Part shown: positions 39,820 to 50,951 of the stretch, piece after piece
Layout of the letters: the number at the start of each line of letters is the position of its first letter
Numbering within the stretch: position 1 is the stretch's first letter
Assembly (NCBI GenBank): GCA_000320545.1
Contig: ADNK01001995.1
Coordinates: 3,821-67,820 of the forward strand
DNA: 64,000 nt
Direction: 5' to 3'
Source: Bigelowiella natans CCMP2755
Lineage: Eukaryota; Protista; Cercozoa
Made by a program: the position numbers and the translations under genes
Notes under the pieces: generated by a model
What the model was told of the DNA's origin: nothing
The model's input: the letters and a program-made list of their open reading frames with translations, nothing else
The model's database searches: none

Positions 39820-42094
39820 ATGGCCGTCTCGGCGCTTGTCCTGCTGCCTATCACTCTACTCTCTGCTCAATCTCTCCATACACGTGAGTTTCGATCACAT
39901 TTTAGTGCATAGAAGTAGCTGAAGGGGGGAAGTTGGGTGCGCACGTGGGCAGCTTGATGGCTGTGAGCAGAGGTTCGAAGCACGATGGGGATGATGAATC
40001 CAGAGCGAGCGACTTTTTGCCGCCATCTATTGGTTTTACGAGCGCTACCTTTTCTTTCCCATTCCTTAGTTACCTTTTAGAATTTTCGGATGAATTGAAA
40101 CCTGACATTGATTTGAATGAGTGACCACTGATGATTTCTTCGTCTTAGGGCCCCGAGGCAGCAGCCAGTGCTTCATACTCGCAAAGGGGTTCACACTTGG
40201 AAGCCCGCGACACTTATGCCCCAAAGCGGCGGGGGGGAGTAAAGGTTGGCAAAAACAAATGAACCACTACGCATACTAGTCTATAGTTCGGATGGAAATA
40301 AATGGATGTGCTGATTAGTCATTTCTGGTATCCGGCGGCTCAAATCGGGTTTTCCGGCGTCTTCATCTTCTCACAGTCGTCTTGCTCTTCGTGCGGCTGC
40401 CGCAGAGGAGGTAGGCTTAAAAAATAAATATATCACCGAAGAATTTTTCCTGTAGAGGTGACATATTGCCTCACACACGCGATGACCCCATTGCGAGTCG
40501 CCCTTGTTTATTTCTGTTACCCTCTCGCAGCCATGTAACGTAAAGAAACTGGACAATGGATACACCCTCTATCAGTTCGGGGTAGGACAACAATTATGAG
40601 ATTAACAGACATAGAACATTCGCGCGCACACGCTGTTGTTTTTTTTTAAATCTTTGCGACTAGAGCCGATTCTTACAGCTGTTAATATCTGCAACTGCCT
40701 TCTTTAGGTAGAGCCTGAACCGGAGCCAGTAGTAGATCAAACGCCCTCAGAAGCACCCTCCTCTAGCGACACTGCCCGTCCTAGTGCAGAGGAATGGATT
40801 GGTACATGGAAGCAGTCGATTTCCGCGGCCACGCCAGCCGCAACCCCTCCCTCTAAGAAGAAAAAAACAAAGAAAAAGAAAACGCCTAGTGCAGAGGAAT
40901 GGATTAGTTCATGGAAGCAGTCGGTGTCCACGGCCTCACCAGCCGCACCCCCTCCCTCTAAGAAGAAAAAAGCAAAGAAAAAGAAAACGCCTGGTGCAGA
41001 GGAGTGGATTAGTTCATGGAAGCAGTCGGTGTCCACGGCCTCACCAGCCGCACCTCCTCCCTCTAAGAAGAACAAACCGAAGAAAAAGGGAACGAAGGCT
41101 GGTGCCAAAGCTTCCCCGTCTTCATCACAACCTAGTGCTTCTGCCCCTACTTCTGCTGCTCCCAAGCCCCCTTCTGCAGGAAAACCAAAGGTAGTCCTTA
41201 AAAGAACTCAACCCGTACGAAAAAAGCTTGGCACGTAGAAGGGCTAGTGGTGGCAAGGGGGAAGTAGAGGAGCAGCAGGGAAAGTAGAATCGTGCAGAGA
41301 AGGGGGCAATGAAAAATAATGCAATACTTGCGTATCTTAACGAATCCAACAAAGTGTGGCTTTGCGCAAATTAGAATATTTCTCACAATCGCAATTCTAT
41401 ATTAAGCTTCAGAACTCGAGTCTTTCTGTAAGGTAACCACTTTACCATTTCTCCCCTTCAGTCGAAACCGAGTCCGAAGGCAAAAGATCTGGGCGATGCT
41501 CCTAGTGGCAGCGACGGCGGCAGCAGCAGCCGCACAAGTGTCAATGTCAGGATCTGTCACAGGAACACACACTCGAATAATAGCAGTAAAAATTATTTTA
41601 TGTGAAAAAAATACACCATTCTAAGACCTCATCACTCTTTGCTATTTCGTCTGCTCTCCTCCTCATTCATATCGTATGTTCTGCCTCTTCGTCATCTTCC
41701 AATTCGTGTGTATAGGCTAGGGCGAACTCAATACGCGCTTTCCAAAGGAAGACACAACAGTCCAGGGTATGAACGTTGACGGCAAAGAATGAGAACCCCA
41801 CTTGGGCATCTAGCGATAGAGCGTTTCAAAATCATAATCATTGCGATAACTTTATGATCCAAATAATCATTCGCATGCTTCTATGGCTTCAATGTTCCCT
41901 TTCTACCCCTTCCTCCATTCACCATCCTTTTTTTAATTTTTCACCTTTTCTATCCTGCTCGCTCGCTCACTAAAACCGGCCCGGCAAACGCTCAGGTGCA
42001 GGTATTCGCGGATATGGATCTAGAAATGAGCCAGAAAAAACAGGTGATGTTCCCGTTGCTCTTCCTCCATTCAAAAAATATAGACCACATTAAA

Positions 42095-42134
<40 letters not shown>

Positions 42135-43372
42135 CATTTTATATATACATATATAATTATATGCATGCATCAACATAAATGTGCTGAAAGTTATCATGAT
42201 ATCATTACAGCTTGCGGAGGAGTTGAGAGCGCGAAGGCGTGCAAATGCTGGAGATCTAGTAAAGTATGTAGTCCCTCTCAAACAGAGCCTTTCCACACTT
42301 TGACTCGCCTACCGATACCCCCTCTCCTTTTTTGCAGAGCAAAGGTAAAACGCGACCCGAATAGACCCTCAAAGCCAGTAAGGTGATACGCTAACGACCG
42401 AGATCACCTGCTGCTTTTCCCAACGAAGCCCAAAAGATAATATCCAACCCTCTGTTCCTGCATCTTCTTCCTGCTTACCCAACCTCTTTTGTCCTATATA
42501 ACCGCTGAGAGCTTGCTTTGTGCGATAATTTTCGTATTCCCGTCGCTCTTACATCTTCCTGTATTTTTCATTTTTTCAAGGTTTCGATTTCGGACGGATG
42601 ACTTCCTGGGACTAAGCGCAGATAGAATCGTTGAGGTAGTAAGTAGTAGAGGTTGCAACGGCGGCATTAGTGGTCGCGTAGCAGTGGCGACTCTTGGAAA
42701 AGCATGAATGCTCTGTAGATTGCGATATTTTAGGAGGGGAGACATAAGAATATTTTACGTAACCAAAGCTATTCCTCCTCGCTTGAATACTTTTAGGCTC
42801 GCACAGGTGATAATATGCTGGAGGTTTTCGATAATACCGGGGGAATCGTGCCATCGTTTTGCTGCGAAGGGTACTGTTTCCGCACCCTTACTACTTCCTA
42901 CCATTCCTATCGTCATTTCTAAACTGTATTCTTTATTTAGCATGAGCTTACATTATGACATGTGCTACAGGATATGCTACACATGCGTGGCGCAAATGCA
43001 GGGATTAGATGATTACGGAAATAAAGTGGGCGACGCGGGAGTTGTAAGGTATATTAAATGAAGAAGTTCCTCAATCCTTTTTTTGACCATGCTTAAAACT
43101 GTCGAGTATCGTTTTTTCTTATTCCAGAAATTTAAATGCTTTTAATCTATTGATGCCATAGATGCTGCATCACTGAGGTAACAGAGCCGCCACCTGGAGC
43201 TTCGGAGATTGAGGTAACATACTCGAACCTTACTATAGACAACTGAAGGCGTTGTGGGCACACAATGATGCAGATTCGAAAATAGAATAAAAATGACGTT
43301 AAAAATAAGATCCTTCTTTTTGAAACAATACTTCAGATCACCATTCCGGACTGGGTGAAGGAGGATGACTGA
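39820..43372 (+). CDS. Plastid-targeted protein: bipartite leader, 3x35-aa repeats, disordered linker, C-terminal 2Fe-2S ferredoxin-like domain
   Basis: MAVSALVLLPITLLSAQSL signal + ...IRRLKSGFPASSSSHSRLALRAAAAEE transit; ARTGDNMLEV...VPSFCCEGICYTC...RCCITEV (Cx4Cx2C...C), ends ITIPDWVKEDD*. Confidence 0.8.
40781..41095 (+). repeat. Coding tandem repeat, 3 x 105 bp (PSAEEWISSWKQSVSTASPAAPPPSKKKKAKKKKT)
   Basis: Units start at 40781, 40886 and 40991 and are near-identical. Confidence 0.95.
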
Positions 43373-43700
43373 TCCACAAAATGTCCTTGTTTCTACGATG
43401 CATGGTGCTGTAGAAATGCATGGACAAACATCATTTGAAGATTTTACATTCATTTAAAATCAGAGATACAGTTCACATAAACATTGTTCTAATTGTCCCC
43501 CAAAATATGCCATTAACAATGGCATCTGTAGCATAATTATTTGACTCGAGATGTAGAATTACCTTGATAATTCTTGTGGTAGACACGGTGCTTCTGATGC
43601 ATTAGGAGTAGTCATGATGCAAGTGCGTTGTCTTCACACGTGCACATGCTGGACTTGCATTACTTGTATCCATCGAACTAGCAAAGACTCATCTAGTATA

Positions 43701-44570
43701 AGTCATCGCTAGATCATGATCACCGTGCTTGCATCTGGACGTGCTAGCAAGAAATTTGACTCTTCAGATGCAAGCGCATGCAGGCGCGCGCTGCGGGGCT
43801 GCAAATCAAGCATGCGCAGCAAAATCATCACAAAAGCAGCCACGATTCTCCAGATTCCCCCACTTTGGCACTCACTTGATTTTGCAGCGAGCGTCCCACT
43901 TGTTGCGCTTGGTGTCAACACGTTGGCACATCATGCACGATGAACCATGCTAGCATGCTTGCATGCAAACTCCAGAAAATCGTGGACGTGAAAAATGCGT
44001 GTGTGTCAAATCGCTGGCTCGCCTCATTGTGCGATTTCACCAGTTCACTGGAACGTTGTGCGAACAGTGAACTCTCTTTCACTGTGTTCTGGTGTTGTCC
44101 AATTGTGTCGCGCGCGTGGAGGACAGACACGCACACGAATTTCATCGTTTCATGATGCGATTTGGGGTCTTGTGAAGCGTCCACTCGTGCGTGCCAAGCG
44201 AAAGTGCTCTTTGCTTCATTGAACGACTCACTGTGCTGTGCTCACCTTCCACAAGGCGAAGAACAAACTCACGATTGCATGTGTCGACATCGTGCTCTAG
44301 TGCTGTGATGCTGTCTGGCTAGCTAGCTGTGCACCTTTGACCTTCCTCGGCGATGATCTCCAAATGGCATCGGTGCGCACTCGGTTGAAAGAATGGAGAA
44401 GAAAGGACAGAACGAATTGTTTCCATTGAAGCGTTTGAGAGGATGAACGAAGCTCTGAGCATTGATGAAGGGAGAGAAAATTTTGCATGCAAAATCATGA
44501 AAATGATGTTCAACAGGGCGAATTTTCGTTGGAAAAACGCCTCCATCCATGACCTGCGACAAGGACAAAA
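43701..44570. other. TpA-depleted intergenic tract C
   Basis: 870 bp with only 6 TpA, all six in CTAG. Confidence 0.9.
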
Positions 44571-44640
44571 GATATCTTTTTCAACAAACTGGTAATGGAA
44601 GATTCCAACCTCTTGCTCTGCAACGATTGAGGACATAGAA

Positions 44641-46243
44641 ATGGACAAGATCGGGGATGGGTTGGGACGACAACCATGGGGCTTGTGGAAGAGCTGCAAG
44701 ATCACCAAAACTTTGAATCGGGGGGATCACACTGGCTTTGTAATTCAGAATGATTTTAGCTTAAAAAAATACACTGTAGAGCGTCGATATCGTGAGTTTT
44801 TGGAACTTTGGAGTTCGATGGAAACAAGCATTCCGAAAGGCGTATCACTTCCAGTACTTCCAAAAAGGACCTTGAACAAGATGGCCCCAGAAGTTGTATC
44901 AGTCCGCGCTGTTGTTTTGGAAAAGGCACTGAACGATATTTTAAGATCTAGAAACAAACTCAGAGACCACCCATTATTCATAAATTTTCTTGGTATTGCA
45001 GAAGGTTGGGGCTTGCAGGAGCCCCCCAAAAAAAATAAGGAAAATAAGGGGAAGTCTTTAATAAGAACAGGGTCTTTACGAATGAGTAAAGCCGCTGCAA
45101 AAATGTTTAGATTAGAACAGAAGGCCCTGGCAGATGGCAACGCGCCAGGATTCAATTCATGTTTCATCTCGAAAACTAGCACCTTCACAGATCCCAAAAC
45201 AAGAAAGAAGCACACATTATACCATGTTAAAACAAAAGCATTTGGAAGAACAATAAGAATAGCCAGACGATTCAGCGATTTTCGAAAACTATGGAAGAGG
45301 TTGTTGCATTCGAATTTTTCTCCGAAGTCTATGAATTAAATCCATGTTTTATCAGTTGGAATCTGTTAATATAAATGCGATGTAACTTTTGCGCTTGTTC
45401 TGTTTGCTATTTCAATAGTTTAGAGCACCATCTAGAGGACATACTGGATCTTCCACGGGGACCAGTCATGTTTAAATTGAACCCAACTGTCATCGAGAGA
45501 CGAAAAAATGGCCTGAATCGTGCATTAAGACATATGATCACCCTCAGATTGTTGACAAGCGAGCCAAAATTTCTTCAATTTTTGGGCATTATGCCACCTA
45601 AGTCTAATATTGATGAAGGTAAACTTGCAGCACCCTCTGGTTCGATTTCTCCTAAGTCAGATGTGAGTGGTGCGGATTTTCGACAATTCAAAGCCCGTCC
45701 AGTTGTTGCTCCAGTTAAGAATCTCCCCGATTTGGTGCACTTGACTTTGGACCAGGTGACATTCCAAACCACACTTCCATTACGTTGCTTCGATTTGCAC
45801 TGTATTTTAATGATAATGTGCAGGATGGTTTAAGAGTTTTTGCAGATGCAGACGAGAAGGGAAGTGTATTGTGCAAAATTGAGATTGGCGACTTCGTTGG
45901 ATGCTCTGATGAGGAAGGCGTCCTTCGCGTCGTAGAACAGAAAGGTGATAAAAAATCATGAAAAATACATCGAATGATGGCGAATACTGGATACTGGTTA
46001 GGTGGCAACAAAATTTGCGAGTGGATATTTAATATTGAAGCTTCTACAAAAGATCGAATAGAGGAAGCATCCAAAAAGAAAAAGATGAAAAAAAAAACTA
46101 TCAACGAATCAGCACCATCAAAAGAGATATCTCTTCTTCACCTTGGAATGATTCGAGCAGCAGCAGCGTATGTGTCTGACATGGAAGCAGATGACGATAT
46201 TTTCGCAGGGCCTACTGAGAAGAAACATGAGTTTGAAGTGTGA
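44641..46243 (+). CDS. Tandem PX (phox) domain protein, multi-exon
   Basis: VERRYREFLELW...LPVLPKR...VRAVVLEKAL...FINFL and IARRFSDFRKLW...IERRKNGLNRAL...FLQFL. Confidence 0.85.
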
Positions 46244-46299
46244 ACGCCTCTTATTGATACAACAAAATTTAGATGTAAAAGCATTTGTTGTTACAAGTT

Positions 46300-47230
46300 C
46301 CTAGTCTTTCTCATCTAGCCATGCTTTGCACAATTTCATTCCACATTGTTGTTGCCATCATGAAACATGCTGCACAGTTGTGGTGCAACACTCGAACACA
46401 TCGGACACAAGCATGCGCATGCAGATAGCTAGACAGGATCGAATTGCACCCATGAAAAATCTTCAAAGAAACTGAGATATCCGAGCGTCCCTGAGATCTA
46501 GAGATCACTGTCCGCAAGAGCTTGGATCTCTGTGAACCACAGAGCTCTCATTGCGTGGTCTGGTGGTTGTGTGATCAATTGTGCGGTGGTCTTTCATGCT
46601 CAGATGATCACTTTGAACCAAAGCTGGCAACTGGGAGCCATTTTGCAACTGTGTGGTTGATGTGAGTAAAACTTCAATCGGCATGCAAATGCAGAGAAGT
46701 TGAGGTGTGTGCAACCGGCACAGCTGGAAACAAACACGGACAGTTCGATCAGTGGCACTTGCCCAGCTAGCTAGCCAGCTAGATGCATGCTGCGTGTGCA
46801 CGAAGTTGCACACTTGCCCAAGTGCCTTGCGCACAGCAAGCGTCTTTGCATGTTCACACACTGCATGCTTGTTGGAATCATGGAAGCTTGAATTTGATTT
46901 TGAAGGTGATTTGGATTGTTAGTCCTTTGTTGAAACCAATGTCGTTCACATCGCTCGCGGCTCGTTCCGTCTGTCAATGAACAATGAACAATGAAAAAAG
47001 CGTTGATCAAATCTACATGCGCCAGAACCACATGGGAAACAGGCGTTTGCATGCAGCAGAGCCTCAACAACACTCTGTCTCAGCAGCTCGCTTTCTGCCA
47101 TGGCAACGTGAATTCTCCTCTCCCGTACCGGAAAGAAGATGCGAGAAATTTGTCCTGCATTTCTCCACAAAAATGGCCTGCGTTCAACCAACCACAAGTT
47201 AGATTCTGGTTCGTCGGGTCCTGTGCTCGA
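46300..47230. other. TpA-depleted intergenic tract D
   Basis: ~14 TpA in ~930 bp: 7 CTAG, 4 CTA/TAG, 3 other. Confidence 0.85.
46976..47075 (+). repeat. ~100 bp dispersed repeat, copy 2
   Basis: Matches the reverse complement of 31738-31842. Confidence 0.9.
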
Positions 47231-47234
47231 CGCC

Positions 47235-48450
47235 ATGCCAGCTCGGAAGAGAAAGGCTGTTGAGCATGATAGCAAGAAAAAGAAGACGGCGAAGAAGACG
47301 AAGAAGAAGAAGTTGACAATGAAGGAAATGGTCGTGCTCGTAGTGGAAGAGATCGGCAAGGTGCCATGCACGCAATGGTATCCTGATTCAAGCGGTAGTT
47401 TCTGATTTGATTGCGTATAGGCTGGCCTTGCAAAAATAAAAAAGGAGCTCCAACTCCGTTATGATATTGATTGCAAGACTCAAAGAAATAAGACGAGACT
47501 GAAGAAAGCTTTAGAATCAGCAATATCAGCAAAGATCCTCCGAAAAATCGGAGGCACATATTCTGCGCAAGAATCTTCGTCGGACGAGGACGAATCCGAG
47601 GACGAATCTGAGGACGAATCTGACGAAAAATATGAACCCGCCTTTCGGGGTCTACGAGTGATGAAAATGGAGAGAGCCAAATCGGATAGGTCCCTATGAA
47701 ACAAATATCCGGGAGGTTTTAGATACCTTCCAATCATCTTCTATTCGCTTCGTATTTTTCTGCATACCAGTGCCACAACCATCCAAGACCTAAGGCTCAC
47801 GACAAATTCAAAATTGAAAGCCTTCACCCTTTCTTCGTAGGTCGATCTGCAAAGCATGTAATAAGGCTATTGCGAAGGGTGCATCTCGTCATCGAGTTTC
47901 AGACGACTCACTGTAGAACATACACCCCTCTCATCCCTTGTAACTCCTCTGCTTAGAACCCCAACTTTTCTGGTTAGTCATTAGGATAATTAAAACGTAT
48001 TTTTTCCAAGCCCAAAGTTTCGAGTTTTTATGAGAAATGGTCGCTTGCGAACGCAATCATACATATGCAGATATGTCGCAGTCTCTGGTGGAGAATGGGA
48101 GGCATACAACGGTAGTTTCCTAATTGATTCAATGTCTCTTATCTCTAGTATGCGAAATATGGAGACATTGTATTTCATCACTGAACAACTTTACACAGGA
48201 TCACATGAAGGATGCTACAGAGGTGGTTATGAGGAAGCTTATGGAACATCCAGGATGACGTATTTCATACACGCTGGCTGTCTAAAGGTTCCGTGTTCGA
48301 ACTTGTATAATTCCCTAAATCTTGATGTGATGTGTTATGATTTATGGCGTATTTTGTTCATAGTTGGCAAACCGTCTCGCGGAAGAAAATTTCAATGCAG
48401 ATTGGCCTTTGCTGAGAGACGCGATGGTAGCTAACGGCGATCTTCCGTAA
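47235..48450 (+). CDS. Linker-histone H15-like winged helix + acidic tract + PARP-type zinc finger protein (internal exons partly unresolved)
   Basis: LTMKEMVVLVVEEIGK|AGLAKIKKELQLRYDID...RLKKALESAISAKILRKIGGTY; (EDES)n; MERAKSDR|SICKACNKAIAKG...YFIHAGC. Confidence 0.65.
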
Positions 48451-49178
48451 TAGCAAAAGCGAGATTAAAGTAGACAATCGCCGGCCTGTCTAAAAATGTA
48501 GTTGGGTTCTCACAGGAGTCGTTACTGCTACCCCTGTCTATTCATTACTCTCTTGATTAATTCAAATTTTATTCGTAACTATATAAAGATCACTATTAGC
48601 TGCAAAAATTGACAAAAACATAACACAACAATGTCGCAACTCAGCACTAGTTTATTGTAAACATTTGGTTTATGAAACTTGTAAACTACGATACGTTTCC
48701 ACGGCTTTAAAAATGTACACCTCTCGTAACCGTGATACAACGTCGTACCAACATATGTAAGATTTGTGCTGTTATGTGATGGATGCTACTTGGTAGCTTG
48801 TTCCTATGCATGCATGTTAGATGTGCGCGCGGATACTGTGCATGCACAGATGAACTATATTTCTAGATGTAGAAAAGAAGTAATGAAATTTGGACGTACT
48901 CAAATAAATTTAACATCACACGGTCGATCAATAGCCTTGCATGATGCAGCCAACCTCACAGGCTGGCACAATTCATGGTGTTGGCAAGGCAGCCACTGCA
49001 ACGTAATCATGCAGGCCGTGTATGTCTTGATGGGCATCTGTGCGCCTGTGACCTGGGAATTCCTCAGTCACTACTTCGCATAATCGCGCGATTATGATGT
49101 TAATTGCTACAGGCACACGTAAATGGACTTTATTACTTCCAGACTTGACTTTTATCTAAACAAAACTTTTTCATAGTT

Positions 49179-50887
49179 CTATTTAGCTATTTCACAATTT
49201 CCAGTATCACAGTATAAATCCGGGGGATTAAGACGCTGTCAAATAAAAATAATTAATACAGTATAACCTCATCATTGAATCATGCTACCTCTGGATTCTG
49301 ATCCGATTTGGAGCCGAAATCCAAGAACTCAATTTGTGAGAGAATCTACCGAGAAATTATGAGGATAAGATATTTTCCTTAGCTGATCTACAAAAACAGT
49401 ACGACCTCCTCATATTGCTCTTCTGTTATAGCTTCATATGGCATCTGTGGGTAAGCCCCAGCAGGAAGTTTTGGAAGGAATGAAATTCCCTTCAGTTGAT
49501 ACTGAAAATAGTTCAACGCGTTTTTTATTTCTTTGCCTTCTGTTTCGGGGTCGAATGTCACCGTGCAGCTCACCTGAATTATTGAAAGTGATTGTGGAAT
49601 AACGAAGCGATATATATGGCATTTTCGAACCTGATTATCTGCCCAATATTTTTGCAAGAAAGAAGCAAGGGAGAGCTGCTCCCACATGGACACCTGCTCA
49701 ACTGTACGGATCCCTTCACCCGCATCGATTGGAATCGACACAACCGCTGTTCCTTCCTGTCCTATTGCCGGCTCGATAGGATACCCTGAAAAAAACATGT
49801 ATATTTTCAAAATAAGCTACTTATACGATTCGCCTCCTACTGGAGGACACCTGCTTTCTTCAACGGTTCCAACAAGTCGGAGGAGTTCGGTATTCGGACT
49901 CTGCGAAGGTAGTGCCGTGATTCGGGATAGTGCATCCCAGGCGTAGCGCCCGCAAGTAGGGACACAGTTCCTGAAGGCTTGATGGACGTTGTCTTTATCG
50001 ACCTGGTATCAAAATATGTTTTTTTGATGGCTGTCACCAGAGATCTCAACGATTTCATGCAGACCTTGGGACCCCGAACATCTCCGAATACTTCTTGTCG
50101 CAGTCTTGGATATGATCGTATCCACCCTAGCGGTAATCGAGAAACGTATCAGTGCCATTTCACTACCAAGTTAAACGGAGAATTATGTGCTTAACGTCTA
50201 GATACCTCACACCACTCCTTAAGCTGGTGCAAGCCTTTGCTGTTGATGAATTGCGCAATTCCTGTAAAATGACACATGTGAGCTTATCTCTCCTCCATGA
50301 CTTCTCGCTGGGCAACAAACGCAAGATACCTGTCATGCTACAGCCAATCCGTCGATTTCGGGTCATCACCTGAACACAGGACAACGTTTTGAATTTAGAT
50401 CGAATTGGGGGTGGAGGTCAAGGCCAAGACCAAGGTGGAGGGGGGGGGGGAGGGTAAGCGACCGTGTTGGTTTCGGGCCAGTGTGTATGTCCTAGAGTAA
50501 CTGTCTTAGCGTAGAGGAAAGCCTAGGAAATTATCCGAAAGTAAGATTTAATACTGAGTGACACCAGGGGCAAGATAACAAATCCGGTACATGAATGCAC
50601 TGTGTGTGTGGCTACTAAGATTAGATGCTATGCTAGATTGAACTAGGTCGCTCTTCGATTTACAGGTTTTACAGGGAAGTTACAATTTGCCACGTACCGA
50701 GTTCAGAGTTCGTTTAAAGTCTTCAACAGAATCATGGTTGTTAGGGAATGTCTCCACGAGACAACAGAGCTCGTATGATTCTAATGTCTGCTCTAAACAC
50801 GGGTTGCCTCCCAAAGCCCGCTTATCCTTTCTGTCGGGCTCGTCTCTGACAAGGTTGGGCACGGATACAGTATGGAAATTGCATAAA

Positions 50888-50951
<64 letters not shown>

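Noticed and set aside
40781-41095. Regularly spaced repeats as a possible CRISPR-like array
   Set aside because: Contiguous 105-bp in-frame coding units with no unique spacers; eukaryotic context.
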